From NCBI GenBank assembly GCA_000503875.1, contig CP006913.1:300001-332000 (forward strand): a stretch of DNA of 32,000 bases, written 5' to 3'. Numbering within the stretch: the first letter of the stretch is position 1; the number at the start of each line of letters is the position of its first letter. The translations under genes were made by a program, and so were the position numbers. The notes under the pieces were generated by a model, which had not been told where the DNA came from, made no database searches, and worked only from the letters and a program-made list of their open reading frames with translations. The DNA comes from Candidatus Saccharimonadota bacterium (GTDB lineage: Bacteria; Patescibacteriota; Gracilibacteria; Absconditabacterales; Absconditicoccaceae). Below are positions 7,714 through 16,911 of this stretch, one piece after another.

Positions 7714-10221
7714 ATGACAGATAAACGCCAATCTATAAATGAATTACTTAATCATCAGTTTCAAGAATTAGGGGCTAATTTATCTGATTGAGAAAAACGG
7801 ACTTTAAATAGTATCTATCAGCAAATCTCTGGTAATTTATTTGTTTCTCTAGAAGGGAGAAAAGGAGTGAAAAAAGATAAAGTCACAGAGATTCTTTCTA
7901 CTGCACTTTGTGATGCTTTGAAAGAGAGGAGTGAGGTAGGTTTAGTGAAGAAAATACAAAACGTTAAGGAAAAAACAAAAAAAGTACTAATGCATGAAAT
8001 ACTTTCGAATGGAAAAGTAAATAGAAGCTGGATGAAAACAGCCACTTTTGATCAAGTAAAACAATATATCAAAGATCAGGGATGGTATGGTAAAGGTACA
8101 TGATGGATGTCAAAAACAGAAGAGGGACTTCAATCTTGAGCTGGAGCTTTTTATCGATCAATTACTAAGGTTGACCGATATAAGAAATTGAAAAAAAAAA
8201 GGAAAGTAGATCTTTTCTGATTTAATGATGGTAAAAACAATGATCGAGGTTGGATGAAAACAGCCACTTTTGATAAAGTAAAGCAATATATTATAGATCA
8301 GGAATGGTATGGTAAAGGTACGGGATGGATAGTAAAACAAAAAAAAGGGAATACTTTTTATAGAATGCTATCTGTAATTTCTCGATATAAAGATCTAACA
8401 AAAGAACAAAAAATAAATTTATTTTGATTTGATGATGGTAAAAACAATGATCGGGGTTGGATGAAAACAGCCACTTTTGATCAAGCAAAACAATATATCA
8501 AAGATCAGGGATGGTATGGTAAAGGTGTGGGATGAATAAAAGAGTATTCATTAGGGAATACTTTTTATAGAATGCTATCTGTAATTTCTCGATATAAAGA
8601 TCTAACAAAAGAACAAAAAATAGATCTTTTTTGATTTGATAATTGAGATGAGAATCGGGGTTGGATGAAAACAGCCACTTTTGATCAAGTAAAACAATAT
8701 ATCAAAGATCAGGGATGGTACGGTAAAGGGGTTTTATGGATAAGTGTTTATTGAAGTGGTTTTTATAATAAACTTAAGAATTTTAATCGGTATGAATTAT
8801 TAACAAAGGAACAAAAGATAGATTTATTCTGATTTAATGCCTGATATGAAGATCGAAACTGGATGAAAACCGCGACTTTTGATCAAGTAAAACAATATAT
8901 AAAGAATCAGTGATGGTCAGGAAAGTGACCTGGTCGGATGCAAACAGAAGAAGGTGAAAAATTATGAGCAAATAAATTTTATAGTAAATTAGTAACATTT
9001 AATCGATATAGCAAATTAAATAAAGAACAAAAAATAGATCTTTTTTGATTTGATAATTGATATGAGGATCGAAGTTGGATGAAAACCGCAACATTTAAAG
9101 AAATCAAACAATATATAAAGAAACAATGATGGTATGAAAAAGGAGCTTGATGGATAGGCGCACAAGAATTAGGAAATTCATTTTGTGGAAGGCTATTTAT
9201 TCTTCCACGATATATAATATTAACAAAAGAACAAAAAATAGATTTATTTTGATTTGATGATGGTAAAAATCATGATTGGGGTTGGATGAAAACCGCGACT
9301 TTTGATCAAGTAAAGCAGTATATTGTAGATCAATGATGGTATGGTAAAGGTACGGGATGAATAATAGAGTATTCATTAGGGAATACATTTTATGGAAAAT
9401 TATCTATTCTTCCACGATATAACAAATTAACAAAAGAACAAAAAATAGATCTTTTTTGATTTGATAGTTGATATGAGAATTGGAATCGAATGAATACAGC
9501 AACCTTTAATGAGGTAAAACAATATATAAAAGATCAATGATGGTATGGTAAAGGTTTTAACTGGATAGCAGAAAAACGATGATGATTTAATCAAAAACTT
9601 ATTAGACTCAAACGATATAAAAAATTAACAAAAGAACAAAAGATAGATCTTTTCTGAAAAACAAAGATATCATACATGATAAAATGAGAAATATGTTATT
9701 TCGATTCTTATCCCGAAAGAAAAATAGCAGTAATTTTCAATAAATTATGAATTGTACCTCAATGGAAAGAATGAGAAAATCTCCATGTATATACTAATGG
9801 ACAAAGGAAACATAGTATAGATTTTAAGATTGGAAATCTTTTTTTTGAATATCATCCAGTACATCGAAGTAAAGAAAAAAAATGATGAAGTTTCGAAAAT
9901 GACGCTAAAGGCAAAAACGACAATATAACTAATCCTTTATATAGGCATATAGATTTACATGTATTTGATTTGCGTGGATCAAAGTTTAATGAAAAAAAAT
10001 GAACATTTATTGAATATAAAAATTGATTCCTGTTAGAATTATATCATCTTATAAAAAACATACCGCAATTAATACAAAGGATTCCTCTAGATAAAAGATA
10101 TATTATGCTTAGTGAAGATAATTTTAAGGTGTTCTATAATCAAGTTGTGAATGAATTGGTAAATTATGATACCAAATCAAAGAATGATAAAGAATTACCA
10201 GATTATCAAAAGGCAGCATAA
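7714..10221 (+). CDS. Orphan 835-aa protein: about 105-aa N-terminal region, eight ~68-aa tandem repeats, and a C-terminal ~185-aa restriction-endonuclease-like (Vsr/DUF559-like) candidate domain
   Basis: A single frame stays open from ATG 7714 to TAA 10219 once roughly 45 TGA codons are read as Gly; it contains no TAA or TAG. The repeat consensus is WMKTATFDQVKQYIKDQGWYGKG...FYxKLxxxxRYxxLTKEQKIDLFGFDxG. The C-terminal segment reads ICYFDSYPERKIAVIFNKLGI...KHSIDFKIGNLFFEYHPVH. Minus-strand track ORFs 8158-8340, 8291-8488 and 9197-9388 are shadows of the repeat. Confidence 0.85.
8029..9656 (+). repeat. Eight in-frame tandem repeats, unit lengths 198-222 nt
   Basis: Unit starts (the TGG of the WMKTATF motif) lie at 8029, 8251, 8458, 8662, 8860, 9076 and 9283, with a degenerate unit at 9487. 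All unit lengths are multiples of 3. Long stretches are identical between units at the DNA level. Confidence 0.95.
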
Positions 10222-10243
10222 AAAAATATTGTTTTCTGAAAAA

Positions 10244-10696
10244 TTATAATTTCTTAATCATAGTTAGTATCGTTACATCTTCTTCTCTATAGGAGTCTTT
10301 TATCTCGAATCCATGTTTCTTGTAAAAATTTCTTGTGAAAAGATATCCAGGATAATCTGGATGTTCATCTAGCGTGAGTAGTTCGATTTTTTTGATTCAT
10401 TGTTCGCTCAATAACGCTTCTGTTTGCTTCATTAACACGCTTCCTATTCATTGATGACGATAAGAGGGAAGAACACCCATCCAATATATTTTTGCTTTAG
10501 ATTTACTTATGTTTTCAAACGTTATAAATCAGACTATTATATCTTTATCTTTGGCTACAAATCACGTTAGGGTTAGTATTTTCTCTTCCGCAAACTCAAT
10601 AGTTTCAGGAGAAAAATAATCAGAAAGAATCTGCATTATATCAATAATGATTGTTTTATCCTTAGATTGCATAGGTAATACTTGTATATTTTCCAT
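10244..10696 (-). CDS. GNAT-family N-acetyltransferase, 150 aa
   Basis: The reverse-strand frame gives MENIQVLPMQSKDK...IYWMGVLPSYRHQ-G-IGSVLMKQTEALL...FYKKHGFEI. The acetyl-CoA motif A (R-x-x-G-x-G) has its first Gly encoded by TGA. There are 4 in-frame TGA codons and the stop is TAA. Confidence 0.85.
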
Positions 10697-10760
10697 ATAT
10701 CGTATTAAAATAATAAATCGACACAGGTATTGTAAGTATTATTCATATAAAATCTAGAAT

Positions 10761-10790
10761 AAAAAAATCACGACCTTCATCGTGATTTTT
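10761..10790 (-). terminator. Rho-independent terminator downstream of ssrA (minus strand)
   Basis: Stem ATCACGA (10767-10773) pairs with TCGTGAT (10780-10786). The A7 run on plus gives a U-run after the hairpin on the minus strand, 31 nt past the tmRNA 3' end. Confidence 0.75.
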
Positions 10791-10820
10791 ATTATCTCAG
10801 AAATTTTTATGTCCATCATT

Positions 10821-11187
10821 TGGAGATGACGGGATTCGAACCCGTGTCTAAAAGGCATAACTAATAATTTCTACCACTATATGTTATCTATAGGCCTATA
10901 ATTTTTCGAGTTATGAGTACAGGCGAGTTTTAGCCGATAGACAGGCGAACATTTCGTCCTCACAACATAATGGTTTCCTTCTTGGTCGACCTGGTACATA
11001 GAAGGAGTCTGTATCCAGGATGGTACATTCAAGAAACGCGCTTACGCAGCGTATGCAGGAACGAGAGCGAAAGCTCTAGCAAGTGTTTTGTTTGCACTTT
11101 TTTTCGATCCGTAATTTACCTCTAGAATCATCGAGGAGTGGCTATCATTAATTATGAAGTCCCTTTATCAAATCCAGAGACATCCCC
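10821..11187 (-). ncRNA. ssrA: tmRNA (SsrA), about 367 nt; the CCA tail is not encoded
   Basis: The 5' end is GGGGATGTCTCTGGATTTGA. The 3' end is ACGGGTTCGAATCCCGTCATCTCCA, comprising a T-arm, an acceptor stem with a G3-U70 pair, and discriminator A. The internal tag ORF GCA AAC AAA ACA CTT GCT AGA GCT TTC GCT CTC GTT CCT GCA TAC GCT GCG TAA (11095 down to 11042) encodes ANKTLARAFALVPAYAA. Confidence 0.93.
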
Positions 11188-11195
11188 ATAAAATT

Positions 11196-11223
11196 ATTAT
11201 ATAGATTTTCTTGGAAAAAACAA
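11196..11223 (-). promoter_or_regulatory. Candidate ssrA promoter
   Basis: On the minus strand, TTGTTT, a 16-nt spacer, then TATAAT, ending 8 nt before the tmRNA 5' G. Confidence 0.35.
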
Positions 11224-11300
11224 TCAAAAACATTTTTTATCCTTTGAATATACGTATAAATTGGCTATAGGTTACATGTTTATTCTATTATTTGTCCTAT

Positions 11301-13028
11301 ATGCAAGATATGTATCATCGAAAAATATTTAGAATTCTATGAACCTTTGTTTTGCTCTTGGCTCTTTTCTTAGGAATTCCTATGCTTATTTATGCAATGG
11401 TGTATGGATTTAGATCGTTTGAATTATTCCATATGATAGGGTATTCAGGATCTTCATTGATGATGGATTTGTTTATGAATATGATTCCTATCATTATGTA
11501 TTCTACTGTTGGATTGATGTGAATATGATTATTGATAGTTGCTATTTTTTTTCAAAAAAAACGAGCGTATAAATTGTTATTAACAATAGTTTGGATTTTC
11601 TGCTTTGGTTCTCTTTTGTTCGTAGTAGTCAAAACATATGCATATATTCCCAAGTTTATTATGAGTGTAATAGCATGAAGTGTTTTAGTCATAGGAGGGT
11701 TTATTTCGTGGTTCTCTTGCTTTTGGGGATATAAACAAAAGAAACTTTTGCCTTCTCTAGTTCCATTATTTACCCGAGGAGTTGCGGTTTTGATTGCATA
11801 TGTGCTCTTATCAGTATTTCCTGATCCAGAAATAATGGTAGATTATACCAATTTTGTTGGTGGAGTAGAGGCTGTAATGTATGCTCCATGGATGATAGAT
11901 AGTAAAGAATTCGTTTTTGCTGGATGATTTTTAGTATTGTTGTGGATTTCTCGTCTAATGATAGGATCCGTTTTATCTTATCAAGAAGTCTTACAAAATC
12001 GTAAATATAACCGAAAATATTTTGGATTATTGGTATTGGGTATAAGTATTGTTTTGTCTATTATCGCTTACATAAAAAAAGATCTTTTTATTGCACCAAA
12101 CTATGATAAAACTCAGTATCAAGATATATTAACCAAAAAATGATATCAAGAGCATATTGCTACATGAGATAATATATACTATCGTCAAAATCAATGGTTA
12201 CTTGGTCATACATGATTTTTGGATAAAATAAATCAGAATCCTTATATTGTCCAAAATTATTTTTCACAGACAGGATTGGTTCAAAGCGGGTTTATTGAAT
12301 TTTGGAAAGAATTTTCTGGAGATTTTCATAAGGAATTTTCTAATATAGCTTTGGTATCTTCTGGTACATATGCAATGATTCGTACAGATGCTTCTTTGTT
12401 TGAAATTATGGGTTTTCCAGAAGAAAAACTCAGAGAAAGAACAACTATAGTGAATGCTGTTGCTACCCAGTTATGTAGGATGAATCAATGCGAAGAATGA
12501 TTTGATTATCGAAAAAATTGGTTCGTGTTCGTAAATAAAAGACTTGAGAGCGGAGCAGGAATTATTTGATCCCTTATTTCTATAGTAACTGTCCAGAAAT
12601 CTCTTTCTGGTGCACAAGAAATGCTTCCATATCTTTCATTTCAGCAAAAACAAGAGTTGCAGTCATTGTTAATTCCTTATGATACATGATATTTATATCA
12701 TAATATGATTGTTCAAGAATATTTTTTTGTCCATGAAATAGGAATAGAAAATAGTAAAAGATTTATGCAAGAACAAAATGTAGCTGCTCCAAAATTTCTT
12801 TTGGATTTGGAATATACTAATTATCTCATTAAAAAACATTTTATGGAAGCCCTTTCTAGACAGCAAAACGAAGATATGTTTGATTATGAAACGAATCAAA
12901 AACTCTCTTATAATATACTAGGAAACTATATTCTCAATGCATTATTGCCAAGAGTTTCTCATGTATACAACCGTTTTGAAAACTTGGAAAATCAAAGATT
13001 GAGACTTTATGAAATGATTCAAAAATAA
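11301..13028 (+). CDS. Hypothetical polytopic membrane protein (about 7 TM segments) with a ~310-aa soluble C-terminal region, 575 aa
   Basis: Track ORFs 11937-12143, 12219-12500 and 12705-13028 share a frame with ATG 11301 and are joined only by TGA codons. The N-terminal half is hydrophobic and the C-terminal half hydrophilic. No family was recognised. Confidence 0.8.
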
Positions 13029-13135
13029 AGAAACCATTTTAATTTATTTTTTAATATAGTAGAATTAAATATTTTTTTAAATTGATTTTTTTAGATAAAA
13101 AAGTATAAAAAAAGCTCAACAAAAAAACAAAAAAT

Positions 13136-13576
13136 ATGGATGACACTATAACTCAAACTAAAAGGGTAGTTATTGTATCAATAGCTAATGAAACAATTTT
13201 GGAAATGGAATATTTTATACATAGAGTTGACTCAAAAGAAAGTCCTCTTGTGTATGCAAATCCGCCAGATATTGAACATTTTGTGTATGAATTACAAATC
13301 CTTCAAATTAAGGGAAAGCAAGGAAATGTAATTGAACCCAAATATTGTGCAGAAATTTTTGAGTTACAAAAGACACTCGATAATAAAACGTATGTTTTAT
13401 ATAACAAAACTCCAATATATAACAGTATTGATGTTCGAGTATTGGTGAGTGTCTATTCTTTATGTTTGGCTGCTAACGTACAAACAGGGGAAATTATTTT
13501 AGGAAATTTTGATTTAAATGAGGTAAGGTGCATGTTGATTTCAAAATATCATTTTGATATTTTGAAAAAGAATTAA
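13136..13576 (+). CDS. Hypothetical protein, 146 aa
   Basis: The ORF is uninterrupted, ends in TAA, and is followed immediately by a strong terminator. No recognisable motif. Confidence 0.65.
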   Translation: MDDTITQTKRVVIVSIANETILEMEYFIHRVDSKESPLVYANPPDIEHFVYELQILQIKGKQGNVIEPKYCAEIFELQKTLDNKTYVLYNKTPIYNSIDVRVLVSVYSLCLAANVQTGEIILGNFDLNEVRCMLISKYHFDILKKN

Positions 13577-13577
13577 T

Positions 13578-13608
13578 AAAAAACCCAGCGAATTTGCTGG
13601 GTTTTTTT
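13578..13608. terminator. Bidirectional rho-independent terminator
   Basis: ACCCAGC (13583-13589) pairs with GCTGGGT (13596-13602). An A-run lies on the left and a T7 run on the right. It sits between convergent genes. Confidence 0.85.
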
Positions 13609-13609
13609 G

Positions 13610-14071
13610 CTACTCAACTTGTCCCATTCTTGGGAAAAAACTGTATATGATATTATAAAATGAGCTTACTACCTTATCTAAACCTTTCTCTTGTCCAACC
13701 ATTTTTTCCGTCAGAATTCCTTCTAGCGTAAACATTTGTTGTTCTACTTGTTTTCCAAGTTTTTGAAAAAGGTCGAAATCTTCATCAGGGTTTTCGTTGA
13801 TATCTCTAAAAGCCCAAAAAAGCTCTTCTTGTGTCTCGAAAAATCTCTGGAAAAGTTGTCCTCACTTAGTTTTACTTAATCCAGCAACTCTTTCTCTTAT
13901 ATAGGTATCAATAATCTGATTTATTTCATCTTCTTTAGCCTTATCTATTCACGTAAAAATTGGACCAAAGACGGGATGTTTTTGGAGATCTGATAGAAAA
14001 GGAATACATTGTTTTTGTTCCTCTAAATTTTTAACAATAGTCAAAATTTGTTCTTGTTCAGCCTGATTCAT
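13610..14071 (-). CDS. Hypothetical protein, 153 aa
   Basis: The minus-strand frame runs from ATG (14071) to TAG (13610) with 3 in-frame TGA codons, giving MNQAEQEQILTIVKNLEEQKQ...FTGIDKAKEDE... The track misses it because of the TGAs. Confidence 0.65.
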
Positions 14072-14160
14072 CTAAATCTCAGTAATAATAAAAATACCCC
14101 AAAGAGGCATCTAACAACGAAATGATAGGATTTCGAAGAAGAAAATCAATCTGATTTAAT

Positions 14161-14187
14161 AAAAAAATCCCCGAAATGCAGAGGATT
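14161..14187 (-). terminator. Rho-independent terminator after the 55-aa ORF (minus strand)
   Basis: The minus strand reads AATCCTC-n8-GGGGATT (one G-U pair) followed by T7. Confidence 0.5.
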
Positions 14188-14354
14188 TATTTAATAAGAT
14201 GTTTACAATCTCTCGGATCATTATCGTGTCTAAGAGATGCATCAATCATTTTTTGTTCTTCAATAACTTTATTTATACGTTTCTTTGCTTTAGAAGAACT
14301 GAAATCGTAAGCAATAAAAGTTAGATTCTCTACGACTGTTTTTTTTGTTTCCAT
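14187..14354 (-). CDS. Small hypothetical protein, 55 aa, immediately downstream of recJ
   Basis: The sequence is METKKTVVENLTFIAYDFSSSKAKKRINKVIEEQKMIDASLRHDNDPRDCKHLIK. It starts 36 nt after the recJ stop and is followed by a terminator. It falls below the 60-aa cutoff of the track. Confidence 0.4.
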   Translation of the reverse strand: METKKTVVENLTFIAYDFSSSKAKKRINKVIEEQKMIDASLRHDNDPRDCKHLIK

Positions 14355-14390
14355 AATTGAATTTTATGTTTTGTTAATTATATCTTTTTT

Positions 14391-16052
14391 TTACGATAAT
14401 TCCATATCAATTCATTCCAAGAAGACTCAGCCATTATAAGTATCTTTTTTTATTTTTCCAACCAAAGAAACATTGTTTGATGTGATGTTAGCTGCATCTT
14501 CACCCTTTCCCCAAAAAAGAGAAGTGATCTTTTCTTCGCCATGCGTAGCATGGATTTTGAGATGTCATTTACCGTTACTTCCCACTTTTTCTACTTTGTT
14601 TACACGAGTATTTTCGAGTAAAAAAGTTGGTTCTTCATTTCATTCTCCAAAAGGAGCGAGTTTATCAATTTTGGAAAGTGATGTAATATCTCGTTCATGT
14701 TGATATAATTTAGTATCTATGGTAATTTCTTTTTTGAGATCTTTTTCTGCGATATGCTTTTCACAGTAATCATTGAAATGAGCAACCAGTTCATCCAGAT
14801 GATCTAAGTTAACAGATAATCCTCCTGCTCATCTATGCCCTCCAAATCTTAGAAGAAGATGACCAGCAGATTTAATCATAGTAATAATATCAAAATAATC
14901 TGGTCCTCTTAAACTAGCAACTGCACTATGTTTTTCACGATCAATTTTCATGATCATAGATGGTTTATTATATTTTTCTGTAAGCCTTCAAGAGACTATC
15001 CCTACAATTCCTTCATGAAACTCTTCACTATAAGCAACAAGAAATTTGTTTTCCAAATTTATAGCTTGTTCAGCGAGTTTAAACATTTGTTCTTGAAGGG
15101 CTCTTCTATCTGTGTTTATTTGTTCTAGATTTTCCAAGTAAGGGATTTGTTTTTCTCCAGAATAGAGGAGTGAATAGAGGCTATCATAAGGAGATGTCAT
15201 TCTTCCTCCTGCATTTATTCTTGGTCCAATTACGTAGCCTATATGATAGGTATCAATAGGTTGTTTGATGTTGAGATATGTCAAAAACCCTCTGAGTGAT
15301 GAAGGAATTTTACTTGATTGATTATTGAGTATTTCCAAACCTCTTTTTACGATAATTCTATTTTCATTAACTAAAGGAACAACGTCGGCAACAGTCCCAA
15401 TAGCAACAACAGGTAAGAAATAATTAAAAATCTGATTTTTTTTATCTTGATTGAATGTACTTCTTGTAAGTAATGCACAAATAAGTTTAAATGCTACACC
15501 AACTCATGCCAATCATTTAAATGGATATTTAGGAGAGACTTGAGGATTGACAACAGCTATAGCTTCGGGAATACTTTCCAAGTCTTGATGATGATCTGTG
15601 ATAATAAGATCGATTCCAATTTTTTTCGCATAAAGAGCTTCTTCAAGCGAAGCAATTCCATTATCAACGGTAACGATAAGATCAATCCCTTTGGATTTCA
15701 TCATATCAAGATGTTGTTTTTTGATTCCATATCATTCTTTGATTCTATCAGGATATTGGATGCTAACATTTTTGTAATCCAAATATTTGGTAATAAATTT
15801 ATATAAAATATAGCTGGAAGTAACCCCATCAACATCATAATCTCCGAAAATCATAATTTTTTGTTTTTGCTTAACAGCAAAAATTATCCTTTCTACAGCT
15901 GCTTCCATATCATTGAGCAAAAAAGGATCTATCCAATAATCTTGAAGTCTTGCTTCCAAAAAAGCATCAATATCTTCGGTAATGTTTCTAATCTTGAGAA
16001 GCCTAGTAAGGAGTTCTTCGCTTGGATTATCATAAAGTACTTTGTAGTTCAT
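14391..16052 (-). CDS. recJ: Single-stranded-DNA-specific exonuclease RecJ (DHH/DHHA1), 553 aa
   Basis: Track ORFs 15732-16052, 15513-15704 and 14988-15338 are one frame joined by TGA. The DHH motifs are present: [41 protein letters not shown] and PFGE-G-NEEPTF. The stop is TAA at 14391. Confidence 0.95.
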
Positions 16053-16196
16053 GTCTAGTATTTTCTATAAATGAGTAATTTCTTTTTCAACAAATCATTG
16101 TAAGTTTTTTATTATCAATTACAACCAAAAACGGTTGCTATTTTATTGTTTTTTGGTATAAGGCTATCACTAAAAAAAACCAAAAATTATAAATGT

Positions 16197-16757
16197 ATGA
16201 AAAAAGAATCTTTTATTAAATTTGCACTACTTCTTTTGTTAGTAGTAGTATTCTGGTTGATGCAGTGGAAATTAATTCCATTTATAAACCTCTATCAAAT
16301 TACTTTTATTCTTGGAATTACTGGTCTTTGGTTTCTTATAAAGCCAATAATTCTGAAAAAACAAGAAGTAATACTCAACAAAATCACAGTAATTTCTATC
16401 TTTGCAATTATTATCTTGTATGAAGTTATACCATTTCTTGTGGTACAATATTCAAAAATTATTCTTGAAGATATATTGGTGTGTGCTTTTGTTTTAGAAA
16501 TGATTTTTCTTTTTGTTGTGACGATTATTATAATTATAGAGCTATCTGATATCGATAATACGGGAAATCCTAGATGGACAAAAGTATCTCGAAAAGAGCT
16601 AGCCTGTACAGTAATCACAACAGTTTCATTTACTACAACAATATTGTTTAGTATATATACATATCACAGTAATCTTATCTATGATATGATGCCATTTACA
16701 GATATCGTTGCAGTATTCTTTGTTATTGTTGGTATCTTTACTTCTAGAAAGAAGTAA
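16197..16757 (+). CDS. Hypothetical polytopic membrane protein, 186 aa
   Basis: The ORF runs from ATG 16197 (MKKESFIKFALLLLLVVVFWL...), which I prefer over the TTG at 16146. It has 5-6 hydrophobic segments and a terminator directly downstream. Confidence 0.7.
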   Translation: MKKESFIKFALLLLLVVVFWLMQWKLIPFINLYQITFILGITGLWFLIKPIILKKQEVILNKITVISIFAIIILYEVIPFLVVQYSKIILEDILVCAFVLEMIFLFVVTIIIIIELSDIDNTGNPRWTKVSRKELACTVITTVSFTTTILFSIYTYHSNLIYDMMPFTDIVAVFFVIVGIFTSRKK

Positions 16758-16766
16758 AAAAGTAAT

Positions 16767-16795
16767 GGTCTCGTGATTTCACGAGACCTTTTTTT
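16767..16795 (+). terminator. Rho-independent terminator
   Basis: GGTCTCGT (16767-16774) pairs with ACGAGACC (16781-16788), followed by T7. Confidence 0.85.
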
Positions 16796-16911
16796 GAAAA
16801 ATAAATTTCAATATTGTCAATGCCAAAAGTAGCCAAGTCCATCAGATTTTTGTCTTTAAAATAAAATTATATATAATAGAAATGTTTTATATTATACGTT
16901 GAAGTTCAGAT

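Noticed and set aside
8029-9656. The ~204-bp periodic repeat as a CRISPR array, satellite or other non-coding repeat
   Set aside because: All unit lengths are multiples of 3. The whole array is one open frame under code 25, the variable parts are not spacer-like, and conservation is at the protein level.
7584-10820. A genomic island integrated at the 3' end of ssrA, comprising the GNAT and repeat-nuclease genes
   Set aside because: There is no integrase or recombinase gene. I also found no direct repeat of the ssrA 3' segment at a distal boundary.
16146-16196. TTG at 16146 as the start of the membrane protein (track translation MFFGIRL...)
   Set aside because: The in-frame ATG at 16197 (MKKESF...) gives a typical N-terminus directly before the first TM segment. 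The upstream extension is A/T-rich and promoter-like.
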